This document shows positions 47,497 through 60,309 of a stretch of DNA of 64,000 nucleotides, one piece after another. Numbering within the stretch: the first letter of the stretch is position 1; each line of letters starts with the position of its first letter. Location of the stretch: assembly GCA_030390025.1 (NCBI GenBank), contig CM059432.1, positions 39,000,001 through 39,064,000 on the forward strand, read 5' to 3'. Both the position numbers and the translations under genes were made by a program. Origin of the DNA: Squalus acanthias (taxonomy: Eukaryota). The notes beneath the pieces are model-generated. The model did no database searches. It saw only the letters and a program-made list of their open reading frames with translations, and had not been told where the DNA came from.

Positions 47497-49408
47497 CTAC
47501 TTTTTGCCCTTCGAGGGTGATCTCCTTCCCTTGCGCACTTCCCCCCTTCTAACCCTACTGCTCCTCCGTAATGGGACCTCAGTGGCTGCAGCAAGGCTGG
47601 TGGAAGGCTGCTGCTCGTCAGACCCTGACACTGCAGATGCCCCTGAAGGACGGCCTCGACCACTTCTGGGCCTGGAGGGCCCGGCTGCAGACTGCACCAA
47701 CTCTGCATGGGCGGCAGCAGTCTGTCCTACAGGCGGTGGCAAGTGCAGTGGAGAAGTGACAGTGTTGGCAGCAGGAATGCTGTCATCGTGAGAGAGGACA
47801 GCAACTCCCTGCTCGCCCGACACACTGGCACTCCCACGGGGCAGCACTTCAGCATCCGGAGCAATTTGCCGGAGAACAGATTGCTGGCCTGCTGCGGCGC
47901 GGTGACAGCCCCGGGGACATGTGCACGAACCATCGAGGATGGCAGCAGTCAGTGCTCGCGTGGCCTCAATCTGAGTCTGCATGAGAGCAGTCTCAGATGG
48001 GTTCCTGGCAGCCAGTGACTGAATTGCAGCACTAAGCTTTAGTGTGGCATCCGCCTGTGCTACAGCGAAGTGCTCCACACTCCTTGCCAGTGCCTCAATG
48101 CATTCGGGCACCCTTCCCACTGCACCCATGAGCTCAGTGTGCATGCCCACCGCCTGGCTGTTCATTTCTGCAATCAGCCGCTCCTCCTCTGCGTCCATTG
48201 CAGTAGGAGTGTCTGGCATACTCTCCCTCTGGGGAGAAGGCTCCCGTTCTTCCCTCCCCCCCCCATGGCGTTGCTGCAGCCCGCTGGGTCCTGGAGCTTC
48301 ACCATCATCAGCCCCTTCCCCCCTGCTCCCCTCCGGGGAAGGCGTGTTCCCAGTGTGGGCATGGGCTTCCTCGGGAGAGGGTGGCACTGATGCTCCGGCT
48401 TCCTCTTCCTCCTCAGCTGCAGCATCACTCCCAGTGGCAGCTTCAGGGCCCGTCTCCTCAGCTGGTGAATCACCATCTGAAAGCAGGGAGGTACAAGAGT
48501 GGCTTTAGCGTGAGGACAGGGTGGCAGTAAGGGAGGAATAAGTGCAGCGAGTTAGCAAGTTGGATTGAAAGTGTCAAAGGCTGGTATTGTGAGGGACAAA
48601 AAGGTGATGACCTTACCATTGCTGTCCACAACGGGGTCGGCGTCCCCAGTGGCGACGGGACCGATCACCCGGCTTGCCACAATCCTGTGGACGCGCTCCT
48701 CCAGATCGCTGAGGGGTTGCAGCTGAAGCCGCCCTCCACCCGTCCGTTGCTGCTGTCTCCGATTATGAGCCAGCTTAGCCTGCAAGAAAAAGGACAGCAT
48801 CTGAGTAAATATACAGCCATGGTCTTGCCTGATGTGCCTCCCATAGGTGAATAGCCCTTACAATATGCAGCCATGGTCTTGCCTGATGTGCCTCCCATAG
48901 GTGAATAGCCCTTACAATATGCAGCCATGGTCTTGCCTGATGTGCCTCCCATAGGTGAATAGCCCTTACAATATGCAGCCATGGTCTTGCCTGATGTGCC
49001 TCCCATAGGTGAATAGCCCTTACTGTATGCAAAGTGTGGAATGTGTGTGTGTGTTTGATGAAAGGGCCATAGGTGTTGCATGAGTGTTGTGCATTGGGGT
49101 TTTAAGACCCTCTGGCCATAGAGTGAGGTTGAGATGGAGGGATGGAGAGGTATTGAGAAAAAGCCACTCACCCTGACGACCCGAGTGAGGTCGTTGAACT
49201 TTTTGCGGCACTGAACATGGGTCCTGGGCACCATGCTCCTGGAGGAGACGCTCTGAGCCACCTCCCTCCACACTCTTCTGAACTCGCGTGGCAAAGGCCT
49301 CCTGCCACTCTCCGGGAACAGCATGCATCGTCTGCGCTCCACTGCGTCAACCAGAGCATCCAAGGCCCGCTCGGTGAAGCGATGAGCGCGTTCTCTCACC
49401 CTCTCCAT
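47497..49408 (-). CDS. Harbinger Myb/SANT-like DNA-binding protein; exons 49408-49172, 48779-48617, 48476-47497; 459 aa
   Basis: Exon 1 RFTERALDALV...WREVA...QCRKKFNDL; canonical donors GTGAGT and GTAAGG and pyrimidine-rich CAG acceptors; phases 0 and 1 splice into one open frame ending ...SKGKK*. Confidence 0.85.
48814..49029. repeat. 54-bp tandem repeat x4 in intron 1 of the Myb/SANT gene
   Basis: Unit cagccatggtcttgcctgatgtgcctcccataggtgaatagcccttacaatatg starts at 48814, 48868, 48922 and 48976. Confidence 0.95.
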
Positions 49409-50149
49409 GCTTGGCAGCAAAATGGATTCACAGGTCTCTCCAGGCCGAGATTCAAGGCTGCAATGAGCAGGGTGTGGCTGGGGAGCAAGTGGCCCCCCCC
49501 GCTTTAAGAAGTGTCCGGCGCCAGTGTGTCTGTGTTCCCTCGCTAACTGGCAGCAGCTGCGCTGCGCTCGTGCGCTGAGGTAGCGCCTCACTCCTAGGCC
49601 TTTGCGCCTTAAGAGAGGTGTGCAGCGCCTAATTTAGCGCTCCACTCACCTCCCGGGGCGGTAAAAGTGAAGTTTCCTGTCAGTGCCGATAATTAGCGCC
49701 AGGCGCTAATATTTGCGCTCGGACGATATTTGCGCCCCAAATGGGGCGCGACCTAATTTCTACCCCTAAATGTGGTACAGCAACAAAGGCATCTGAGAGT
49801 ACAAATGCACAAACCACTAAAAGTAGCAGCGCAGGTTAACAAGGCCACAAAAAAAGCAAACCAAGCACTAGGGTATATTTCTAGAGGGATAGAATTGAAA
49901 AGTAGAGAAGTTATGCTGAACTTGTATCAAACCTTGGTCAGACCACACTTGGAGTAAGAAGGATATAGAGGCACTGGTGAGGGTGCAAAAAAGATTTACA
50001 AGGATGATACCAGAAATGTGAGGTTATACCCATCAGGAAAGAATGAACAGGCTGGGTCTCTTTTCTCTTTAAAAGAGAAGGCTGAGGGGTGACCTCATTG
50101 AGGTCTTTAAAATTATGAAAGGTTTTGATACAGTAGGCACAGAGAGAAT

Positions 50150-51229
50150 GGCCGAGATTTTCCAGGGTGTCAGTGGGTGGGATCGGTGGTGGGTTGGGTG
50201 GGAAAATGTTTTTTTGACAGTGGGTCGGGAACCCACTGTCAACCCGCCGCAACGCGCCTTTTCCAATGTCGGGTCTGTCAGCGCTGAGCTGACCCGACAG
50301 ACAGCGGCGGGTGACCCAATTAAACTTATTAGCATCTAGTTGACAGATGATTAACAGACTTTTTTAACTTACCTTTTGACTTTAACTGCATTTTCGGGGA
50401 CCACGGCTGTCAACCTGAGGTAGGAGTTCAGTGGCCATTGTACCAGCTGATTAGTTGACAGCATCAATGTGCAGTACAAGCTCCCACCTGACAGATCATC
50501 ACTTTCCTCAGCCACAAGCTGTTTCTCAGTCCATTTCCAGCACAGATTCTGCAGGCTTTCCACTCTCTATCCACTCTCATCTCATTGGAAGAATTCTCTC
50601 ACCATTGACATAATGCTTCTGTCATCTCTACTTCACCTGCCATCTATTCCATCAACATGGGTGCCCTTTATACTGTCTCACCTTGATCCTCAGAATCCGA
50701 CCACGATCAGCCCCAACACCAGCAGCACCAGGCACACCAATAGCACCAACAACACCAACCTTCTCCGCAATCACCTGATGCTGCACAGGACAGAGGGCAT
50801 CAGCACCTGAGCACATTGCTGCCCGGGAGGCCAGGGATGGCCTCACCATGGCCAGATTTACTTCACTTGATGCTGTACACCCTGGCTGCCACATGATGCG
50901 CCAGGTTGGCACCAACCCACACCAACACCATAAAGCATCCCTACAATGTCCAAGCCATTCCTTTCACACTCACCACCATTGCGGGGGGTACCGTTATGCT
51001 TCACCATTCGCTGCAACTCACTAAGTCACTTCCAAAGGTGCACACAAATCTGTCCAAGAATGCAAAGTGTTGAAAATAAAGGTTTCAATGTTTGACACCG
51101 GCTGGGTGGGCTTAACAAGCCCTATCAACGGAAATTCATTTTCCAGAGCGGGATGGAGCTAGTAGCGGGGTCGCGACCCGCCACCGACCCCGGACGGACG
51201 GACAAGCCGAGGTAAGGAAAATCCCAGCC
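50150..51229 (+). mobile_element. Non-autonomous Harbinger deletion derivative (1080 bp)
   Basis: TIRs GGCCGAGATTTTCC / GGAAAATCCCAGCC; TSD AAT; keeps the fused 5' and 3' ends of the transposase seen at 55936-59008. Confidence 0.85.
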
Positions 51230-51489
51230 AATATTTCCACTTGTGGTGAAGAACAAAACTAGAGGCCATCAATATAAGATAGTTAGCAAGAACTCAAATA
51301 GGGAATTCAGAAGAAATTTCTTTATCCAAAGTGAGGTGAGAATGTGGAACTTGGTATCGCAGCGAGTGGTTGAAGCTTCCACTGGCACGTCTAGAGGAGG
51401 AAAAGAGAAAGAAAGGTTGAAATGGTTTGAAGCGGAGCAGAGCTCATACGCCATTTTCAGTAGGAGTGGCAGAAGTGCTTCGTGATATG

Positions 51490-52330
51490 GTTCACTGACA
51501 TTTAATGCAGGGTACAGTAGGATGAGATGGAATATGTTATCCTGCAGATCCTACATCCCCTCCTACTTCTCCACCACCAACACCCTGTATGGTCTTCATC
51601 CCCAAGACGGAGTGATTCCTCCTCATAGAGGATGAGAGGTCAGACATTTGGAGGGAGCTCCCCTTCTGCCGGCTGTTATGGACTGTTTTGTCCTTTAAAA
51701 AGATAGTAAAAAGTGGCCAAGTTAACTTTTGTTACCATGACCTGCAGTGATATGTAGTTATCACCGTGAGACCCATCATGATGTGATGACATGTGCATGC
51801 AACAGGCAGTTAAATAGCATGCAAGGCTTTTTGTGGGGTGAAAGCATGTAAAGATGTGAGTGAAGGAAGACTTGTAGGTGAAGGTTGGGGGTACAAAGGG
51901 CACCACGTTACCATATGGGCATTGATGGTCATCAACTATAAACTTTAAACGTGTGAGGGGGATCTCATTGTAAGTGACAGGCATGCTTAATACAGTGCAT
52001 TCTTGGATGTTGCAGCTGGCTCCTCTTACCTTACCTGGCCTGGTAATATTATTAAACTTTTCCCTGCACTGACTAGCTGTGTGTGGGCTCGCAGTCATGG
52101 CTCTGGCTACCTCCTTTCATTGTTCCTGGATAGCTCTCATTGGGGACCTGAGTCACTCAGTGCTAAATACGGCTTCCCTCCTCTGTCTGACATCCTCCAA
52201 ACATCACTTCCACAACTTTCTACTTTCCCGCTGACCGTTTTTAAAATAAATTTCTTCAGTCCACCAAAATGGTTCTGATGATGCCTACCCTTTAAGCTGG
52301 TACTGGCCTTAAACTCCTGCAGCAGCACAC
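51490..52330 (-). pseudogene. Degenerate Harbinger Myb/SANT gene remnant
   Basis: TASQCREKFNNITRPGK followed by a GTAAG donor. Confidence 0.5.
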
Positions 52331-52779
52331 TATTTCCCGCCCCCAACAGGCAAGCTCCCAATCAGATGCTTTACTACTGCCTCCTGGAGTTTACCCAAAA
52401 TATTAATATGACGCTGACCATGGAAATTATGACAAGTTCAAAAATCATGGCGGTAGAAATTCAGGCGTGCTCATTTTTGTGTGCATGGGGGGGTGGTGGG
52501 GGGGGGGTGGGGTGCACAGGGTATGACCCCTGCACCTGAATGGCAAGGTCTAAGATGACCCTGATTTTGTGCCTTGGACCTTTTCTCCATCCACTCGGCA
52601 AAGCGTGAAGATCGGGCCACTGCTAGCGTCGTAGCAGCCATCAGGTAAATGATGACTGGGCCAGAGGCCGGGAAGAGATTGAAGATTGAAGGCTGGTGGG
52701 GAACGGAGATCAGAAGCCGGGGAAGTGGGGGGGTGGGGGGGGAGGGGGGGGTGGTGTGAGGGAAGGGGAATTTGAGGCT

Positions 52780-55745
52780 GGGGGTCAGCGGGCGAGATCG
52801 GTGGCGGGTCGGGCGGGAAAGTGTTTTTTTTTGACAGTGGGATGGAATCCCGCTGTCAACCCGCTGCCACGCGCCTTTCCCAATGTCGGGTCTGTCAGCG
52901 CTGAGCGGACCCAACAGGCAGCGGCAGGACACTCAATTAATCTCATTAATATCTAGTTGACAGATCATTAACAGGCTTTTTTAACTTACCTTTTCATTTA
53001 ACTTCATGGCCACGGGAACCACGCTGTTCTGGGACCATGGCTGTCAACCTGAAACATAGAAACATAGAAGATAGGAGCAGGAGTAGGCCATTCGGCCCCT
53101 CGAGCCTGCTCCGCCATTCGATGAGATCATGGCTGATCATCTAAACTCAGTACCCTGTACCTGCCTTCTCCCCATATCCCTTGATACCTTTAGCTTTAAG
53201 AAATATATCTAACTCATTCTTGAATATATTTAATGACTTCGCCTCAACTACCTTCTGTGGTAGAGAATTCCACAGGTTCACCACTCTCTGGGTGAAGAAA
53301 TTCTTCCTCATTTCTGTCCTAAATGGTTTACCCGTTATCCGTAGATTATGACCCCTGGTTCTGGACTCTCCGACCATCGGGAACATTCTTCCTGCATCTA
53401 GTTTGTCCAGACCTGTCAGAATTTTATATGTTTCGATGAGATCCCCTCTCATTCTTCTATACTCCAGTGAGTATAAGCCCAATCGACCCAATCTCTCCTC
53501 ATATGTCATTCCTGCCATCCCAGGTAGCAGCCTTGTGAATCTTCGCTGAACTCCTTCCATGGCAAGAACATCCTTCCTCAGATAAGGCGACCAAAACTGC
53601 ACACAGTACTCAAGGTGTGGTCTCACCAAGGCCCTGTACAACTGCAGCAGGACATCCCTGTTCCTATACTCAAACCCTTTCGCTATGAAGGCCAACATAT
53701 CATTTGCCTTCTTCACCGCCTGCTGCACCTGCATGCTTACTTTCAGCGACTGGTGCACAAGGACACCCAGGTCTCGTTGCACTTCCCCTTCTCCCAATCT
53801 ATTGCCATTCAGATAATAGTCTGCCTTTCTGTTTTTGACACCAAAGTGGATAACCTCGCACTTATCCACGTTATATTGCATCTGCCACGCTTCTGCCCAC
53901 TCACCCAACCTGTCCAGATCATCCTGGAGTTTCTCGGTATCCTCCTCGCAGCACACACTCCCACCCAGCTTTGTGTCATCTGCAAACTTGGAGATATTAC
54001 ATTTAATTCCCTTATCTAGATCATTAATGTATATTGTGAATAGCTGGGGTCCAAGGACCGCTCCCTGCGGTACCCCACTAGTCACTGCTTGCCACTCGGA
54101 AAAAGACCCATTAATTCTTACTCTTTGCTTTCTGTCTGCCAACCAGTTCTCTATCCAAGTCAATACCTTGCCCCCAATCCCATGTGCCTTAACTTTACAC
54201 GCTAATCTCTTATGCGGGACCTTATCGAAAGCCTTTTGAAAGTCCAAATACACCACATCTACTGGTTCTCCCTTATCTATTTTCCCAGTTACTTCCTCAA
54301 AAAATTCCAGTAGATTAGTCAAGCACGATTTACCTTTTGTAAATCCATGTTGACTTTGTCCGATCCTGTCACTGTTTTTCAAGTGCTCAGCTATTACATC
54401 CTTTATAATGGACTCTAGCATTTTCCCCACTACCGATGTCAGGCTTACCGGTCTGTAATTCCCCGCTTTCTCTCTACCACCCTGTTTGAATAGTGGGGTA
54501 ACATTAGTTACCCTCCAATCCATGGGTACAGTTCCAGATTCCATCCTGAGGTGGGAGTTCAGTGGCCATTGCTCCAGCTGATTACTTGACAGCTTCAAAT
54601 GTACAGTAAAAGCTCCCACCTTACAGATCATCACTTTCCTCAGCCAGAAGCTGTTTCTCAGGCCATTTCCAGCACAGATTCTGCAGGCTTTCCACTTTCC
54701 ACTCTCTATCCAGTATCATCTCATTGGAAGAACTCTCTCACCATTGGTACAATGCTTCTGTCATCTCTACTTCACCTGCTATCTATTCCATCAACATGGG
54801 TGCCCTTTATACTGTCTCACCTTAGTCCTCAGAATCCCATCACGATCAGCCCCAACACCAGCAGCACCAGGCACACCAGCAGCACCAACAACAACACCAA
54901 CCTTCTCCACAATCACCTGATGCTGCACAGGACAGAGAGCATCAGCACCCGAGCACACTGCTGCCCTGGAGGCCAGGGATGGCCTCACCATGGCCAGATT
55001 TACTTCACTTGACGCTGTAAACCCTGGCTGCCACATGATGTGCCAGGTTGGCACCATCCCACACCAGCACTGTAACGCATCCCTTTAATGTCCAAGCCGT
55101 TCCATGCACACTCATCACTATAGCGGGGGGTGGGGTGTGTGGGGGGGGGGCGGAGGCGGGTGGTGGGGGCGGGGAGGGAAGTTATGTCTCAACATTCACT
55201 GGAACTCAGTAAGACACTTCTCAAGGTGCGCACAGATATGTCCAATAAGGGTCAGTGTTAAAAATATAAATTTCACTGAATGACAACACATTACCAGAAA
55301 CTTCACATGACCATTGGCTAAACCTCTCAAGTGCCTACCCTTATGTGTTGTTAGTTGGTAGGATTGCAGTAGGATGAGGGTGAGTGTGAGGGGTGGCTAG
55401 TGAGATGGACATGTGATAATGTAGATAGAGAGGGATGGGTGGAGGTGCAAGGTAAGTTGGTGTGAGTAAGGATGTGCAGGAGAAGGGTATGGAAGGCAGA
55501 GTGATGGGGCTGTGATGAGAGGCACAGCAGGATGAAGGTGAGTGTGGATTTGTCCTAAGTTTCGTGATCTAATGAGATCATTGAAATGTTTGCGGCACTG
55601 CACCCAGGTCCTCCTGATGACCTCCCTGCCTGTGACCTCCTCTGCAATGTGCAACCAGGCTGTCTTGGCCTCCTGGGGAGGTCTCTTCCGCCCATCGGAA
55701 GGGAAGAGGACCTCCCTGCATTCTGTGACTCCCTCCATAAGCATA
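52780..55745 (+). mobile_element. Second, truncated copy of the 50150-type Harbinger with a Myb exon 1 remnant (about 55560-55740, minus), split by CR1
   Basis: 52780-53052 and 54545-55270 match 50165-51090; REVLFPSDG..AWLHIAEEV..TWVQCRKHFNDL. Confidence 0.75.
53053..54544 (-). mobile_element. Young 5'-truncated CR1 with an uninterrupted ORF2 C-terminal part
   Basis: ORF 53147-54634 with full RT; CCTGA duplicated at the junctions; (AACATAGA) tail. Confidence 0.93.
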
Positions 55746-55749
55746 TTTT

Positions 55750-58700
55750 CACCAGTCATGCCCAATTTTGTTAGCTACTTTGGAAGTGGCTTTGTGAGTT
55801 GGAGTGAATGGTGTGAATGGAATAGCTTGGTCGTTGCTTTATGGTGTTGTTGTGGGGGTGGTGGGGGGGGGGGCGGTGGAGGGGGAGGAATCTGGCACAG
55901 CATGTGGCAGCCATATGGGTGTAATACATGAAGTTAAGTAAATCTGGCCATAATGAGTCCATCCCTGGCCTCCCGGGCAGCAATGTGCTCGGGTGCTGGT
56001 GGCATTTGGACCTCAGGTTCCCCGTGCTCCTTCATTCCTCATCTTCCAGCTGATGCTCCTCCTCCTCCTCCTCCTCTGAAGAGGCTGTGTGCTCAGAGCC
56101 TTGCACCTCATGCAGCGCTAATCCTCACTGCTGCGCTATGTTGTGCAGGGCGCAGCAGATGACGACGATTCTGGAGACCCTGGCTGGTGCGTACTGAAGG
56201 GCTCCTCCAGATCTGTCAAGGCATCTGAAGCGCATTTTCAGCATGCCTATTGTCTGCTCTATGACACATCTGGTGGAAATGTGGCTTTCATTATATCGCT
56301 CCTTGGCCTCAGTACTTGGCCTCCTCAAGGGTGTCATGAGCCACGTCGTCAGTGGATAGCCCTTGTCCCCAAGCAACCAGCCGGAAAGTCTGTTTGGAGG
56401 AGGGAAGAGTTGAGGGATTGTGGACTGGCGCAGGACGTAAGAGTCATGGCAGCTGCCAGGGAATTTGGCGCACACATGCCCGATGATCTTCCTATGGTTG
56501 TCGATGAGCTGCACATTGAGGGAGTGGAAGCCCTTGCGGTTCACAAACACTCCTGGGTGATGATGGGGTGCCCTGATGGTCACATGTGTGCAGTCGATGA
56601 TGCCCTGCACCCGTGGGAAGCCAGCCAGAGCGCAAAGCCGAGCGCCCGCTCAGTAACACTGGCTTCATCAGTGGCAAAATTGATGTAATTGGCAGACTTG
56701 TCAAACAGGGTATCGGTGACCTGTGTGATGCATCTTTGGGTGGCCGACTGCAAGATGCCACAAATGTCTGCTGCAAATCCCTGGAAGGAGCCTGAGGCGA
56801 AGAAGTTGAGGGCACTGGTGACTTTGACAGCCACTGATAAGGAGTGTCCACCAGGTCCTCTGGGCTGCAGGTCTTGCTTCAGCAAGCTGCAAATGTTTGC
56901 AATGACCTGGCGCGATAGCCTGAGCCTCCTTTGGCACTGCTGCTCAGTCATGTTGAGGAAGCTCATCCTTTGCCTGTATTCACTGTGTTGGGGGTATCGC
57001 CTCTGGCGTGGTGAAGCCCTACACTGATGCCCTCTGTCCAGTGGAGCATCAGCTCGTTGAGGAGAAGGTTGGTGGTGTTGTTGTTGCTGCTACTGGTGTA
57101 CCTGCTGCTGCTGGTGTTGGGGCTCATCCTGGTCCGATTCTGAGGACCAAGGTGAGACATAGAAAATAGAAACATAGAAAAATAGGAGCAGGCGTATGGC
57201 CATTCGGCCCTTTGAGCCTGCTCCGCCATTCAATATGATCATGGCTGATCCTCTATCTCAATACCATATTCCCGCTCTCTCCCCATACCCCTTGATGCCT
57301 TTTGTGTCTAGAAATCCATCTATCTCCTTCTTAAATATATTCAGTGACTTGGCCTCCACAGCCTTCTGTGGTAGAGAATTACACAGGTTCAGCACCCTCT
57401 GAGTGAATAAATTTCTCCTCATCTCAGTCCTAAATGTCCTACCCCATATCCTGAGACTGTGACCCCTCGTTCTAGACCCTCCCTGCATCCAGTCTGTCTA
57501 GCCCTGTCAGAATTTTATACGTTTCAATGAGATCCCCTCTCATTCTTCTAAACTCTAGTGAATACAGGCCTTGTCGACCCAATCTCTCCTCATACGACAG
57601 TCCTGCCATCCCAGGAATCAGTCTGGTGAACCTTCGCTGCACTCCCTCTATGGCAAGTATATCCTTTCTTAGGTAAGGAGACCGAAACTGCACTCAATAC
57701 TCCAGGTGTGGTCTCACCAAGGCCCTGTATAACTGTAGTAAGACACCCTTGCTCCTGTACTCAAATCCTCTTGCAATGAAGGGAAACATACCATTTGCCT
57801 TCCTAACTGCTTGCTGCACCTGCATGTTTGCTTTCAGTGACTGGTGTACAAGGACACCCAGGTCCCTTTGTACATCAACATTTCCCAATCTATCACCATT
57901 TAAATAATACTCTGCCTTTCTGTTTTTCCTACTGAAGTGGATAACTTCACATTTATCCACGTTATACTGCATCTGCCATGTATTTGCCCACTCACTCAAC
58001 TTGTCTAAATCGCCTTGAAGCCTCTTTGCATCCTCCTCACAACTCACAATCCCACCTAGTTTCGTGTCGTCAGCAAACTTGGAAATATTACATTTGGTTC
58101 CCTCATCCAAATCATTGATATATATTGTGAATAGTTGGGGCCCAAGCACTGATCCCGGCAGTACCCCACTAGTCAACCCTGCCACCCCGAAAAAGACCCA
58201 TTTATTCCTACTCTCTGCTTCCTGTCTGTTAACCAATTTTCAATCGATGCCAGTATATTACCCCCAATCCCATGTGCTTTAATTTTGCACACTACCCTCT
58301 TATGTGGGACTTTATCAAAGGCCTTCTGAAAATCCAAATACACCACATCCACTGGTTCTCCCTTATCTATTCTACCAATTATATCCTCAAAAAACTCCAG
58401 TAGGTTTGTCAAACACGATTTCCCTTTCATAAATCCATGTTGACTTTGTCTAATCCCGTTGATATTTTCTAAGTGTCCTGTTATCACATCCTTTATAATA
58501 GACTCTAGCATTTTCCCTACTATTGATGTTAGGCTAACCGATCTGTAGTTCCCTGTTTTCTCTCTCCCTCCTTTTTTAAATAGCAGGGTTACATTTGCCA
58601 CCCTCCAATCTGCAGGAACTGTTCCATAATCTATAGAATTTTGGAAGATGACAACCAATGCATCCATTATTTCCATGGCTACCTCTTTTAGTACTCTGGA

Positions 58701-59546
58701 ATGCAGATTATCAGGCCCTGGAGATTTATCAGCTTTCAGTCCCATTAATTTCTCCAGCACTATTTTTTTACCAATACTAATTTCCTTTAATTCCTCCTTC
58801 TCACTAGACCCTTGGTTCCCTAGCATTTCTGGGAAGTTATTTGTGTCCTCTTCCATGAAGACAGAACCAAAGTATTTGTTTAATTGCTCTGCCATTTCCT
58901 TGTTCCTCATTATAAATTCTCCCGTTTCTGACTGTAAGGGACCTACATTTGTCTTCACTAATCTTTTTCTTTTTAAATACTTGTAGACAGTATAAACGGC
59001 ACCCAAGCTGATGTAATAAATGGCAGCTCAAGTAGAGATCGGAGAAGCAATCTGTCAATGGTGTAACAATGAGGTGACAGTGGTTTCTGAATTTGCAAAA
59101 AAGACTTGCAAACTCTAGAGACCTAAATCTGTGCTGAAAATGTGCTCAGCAACAGCATTTCCCTTAGGAAAGTAAGCAGGTGGCAGGTGGCAGTATTTAT
59201 TGTGCGTTCCATGCTCTGCAGTAATGACTCCGATCAATGGCCAATGAACTTCCGCCTCAGCTTGATAGACATGGTTCCCGAGCTGCGTGATTCCCATGGT
59301 CATGCAGTGAAATTCAAAAGGTCTGGGCAAAAAGATGGTTACGGGTCTGACAACAAGCTGATAATGATCCAAATGAGGTCTCCTGCCTCAGCCGTTTGGA
59401 TCGCTGCTGTGCTGGCAAACACGCCTGAGTTAAAGGCGCGAGGAAGCGGGATGATGGCGAATTCCCGACCCGCTCCGAATTATTTCCACTTTCACTCCCG
59501 ACCCGCCTCCAATCCTGCGTGCATGGACGAATGAAAATTCCGGCCC
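55750..59546 (-). mobile_element. Degenerate Harbinger copy with a frameshifted transposase (about 59008-55936), split by CR1
   Basis: ORFs 56580-56966 and 56125-56610 ([25 protein letters not shown]); terminal GAAAATTCCGGCCC at 59533-59546. Confidence 0.85.
57160..58985 (-). mobile_element. CR1 LINE inside the Harbinger transposase 5' end
   Basis: ORFs 58173-59006, 57694-58236, 57472-57693, 57258-57488; AGACA duplicated at the junctions. Confidence 0.92.
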
Positions 59547-60144
59547 TTCTGTTTCCTGATTGGAGTACCGCCCCATGTGGTCACAGGTACACTCATGCAC
59601 ACGTGTGGGGCCTTGCACCATGTAAGTGCAAATTCCTTTCGGAGATCGGCGGCGAATGCCATAGCTATGTCACCAACCGCAATTTCTTGGCCATTGTGTA
59701 TACACATCAGTGTTCTTCTGTAGGCCGCCCCATCGAAGTCTTCACCTGAGTCTTGTGCAGCAGAACTCGTGTGCTACCTTGTCCTCCGGGGAGCTGACAC
59801 CTGCGCTACCCTTTCCCCCTGCCCTGCCTGTAGCCCACTCATGCCCGGTGTCTCACCACCTGTGTCTAACCTATCCTCTAAAGTACGTGGTGGCTGGCCG
59901 TGTGAAATCGAGTGACAGTGTTACTTCTTCATCTTCACTCTGCTCTCCCTCTTGTTCAACCACTGGCTGGGCGGGCTGGACTTCTTGGGTCTCTGAAATG
60001 ATAAAGGCACAAGGGTAGGGTTGTGGTGAGGGGAGGGGGGGAAAGCAAGACATGCATGCTTACACCATGCGCACCTTGTAAATCAGAAGAGATTGTGGGA
60101 TGAGGGGGAAGTGTAACGTGAGAAAGAGGATAGCGTATGAGGAT

Positions 60145-60309
60145 CAACGTTCCCGCCAAGCTGTGTGGCCGTGTGGCGGTCTGAAGGTCCAGCGCAGGCC
60201 ACTCACCGGCTTTTAAGTGGGAGAAACCGCGCATGCGCAAAAATTTGAATAGGCCGCGCAGCCACTTAAAGGGACCGTACACCCAAAAAAAAATTAGAGG
60301 GAACATTGA
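60145..60309. mobile_element. Small MITE
   Basis: TIRs CAACGTTCCC / GGGAACATTG. Confidence 0.6.

Larger units (their letters stand above)
36176..49766 (+). mobile_element. Full-length PIF/Harbinger DNA transposon (about 4237 bp once the LTR insertion is removed)
   Basis: TIRs GGGGTAAAAATT / AATTTCTACCCC; TAA TSD at 36173-36175 and 49767-49769; subterminal AGCGCC/GGCGCT repeats; convergent transposase and Myb/SANT genes; flanks rejoin as continuous CR1 sequence. Confidence 0.95.
34110..51380 (+). mobile_element. Degenerate CR1 LINE hosting the nested insertions (pieces about 34110-35369, 35573-35696, 35971-36175, 49770-50149, 51233-51380)
   Basis: ORF2 remnants [38 protein letters not shown]; the sequence rejoins across each insertion. 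Confidence 0.85.

Noticed and set aside
48814..49029. CRISPR-like array
   Set aside because: Head-to-tail repeats with no unique spacers, no cas genes, and a eukaryotic context; the same applies to the 25060-25565 minisatellite.
48665..49591. 308-aa ORF with 18-aa repeats (KGYSPMGGTSGKTMAAYC) as a novel repeat protein
   Set aside because: It reads through the exon 1 donor into an intron whose 54-bp repeat happens to be a multiple of 3; the spliced model fits Harbinger Myb genes better.
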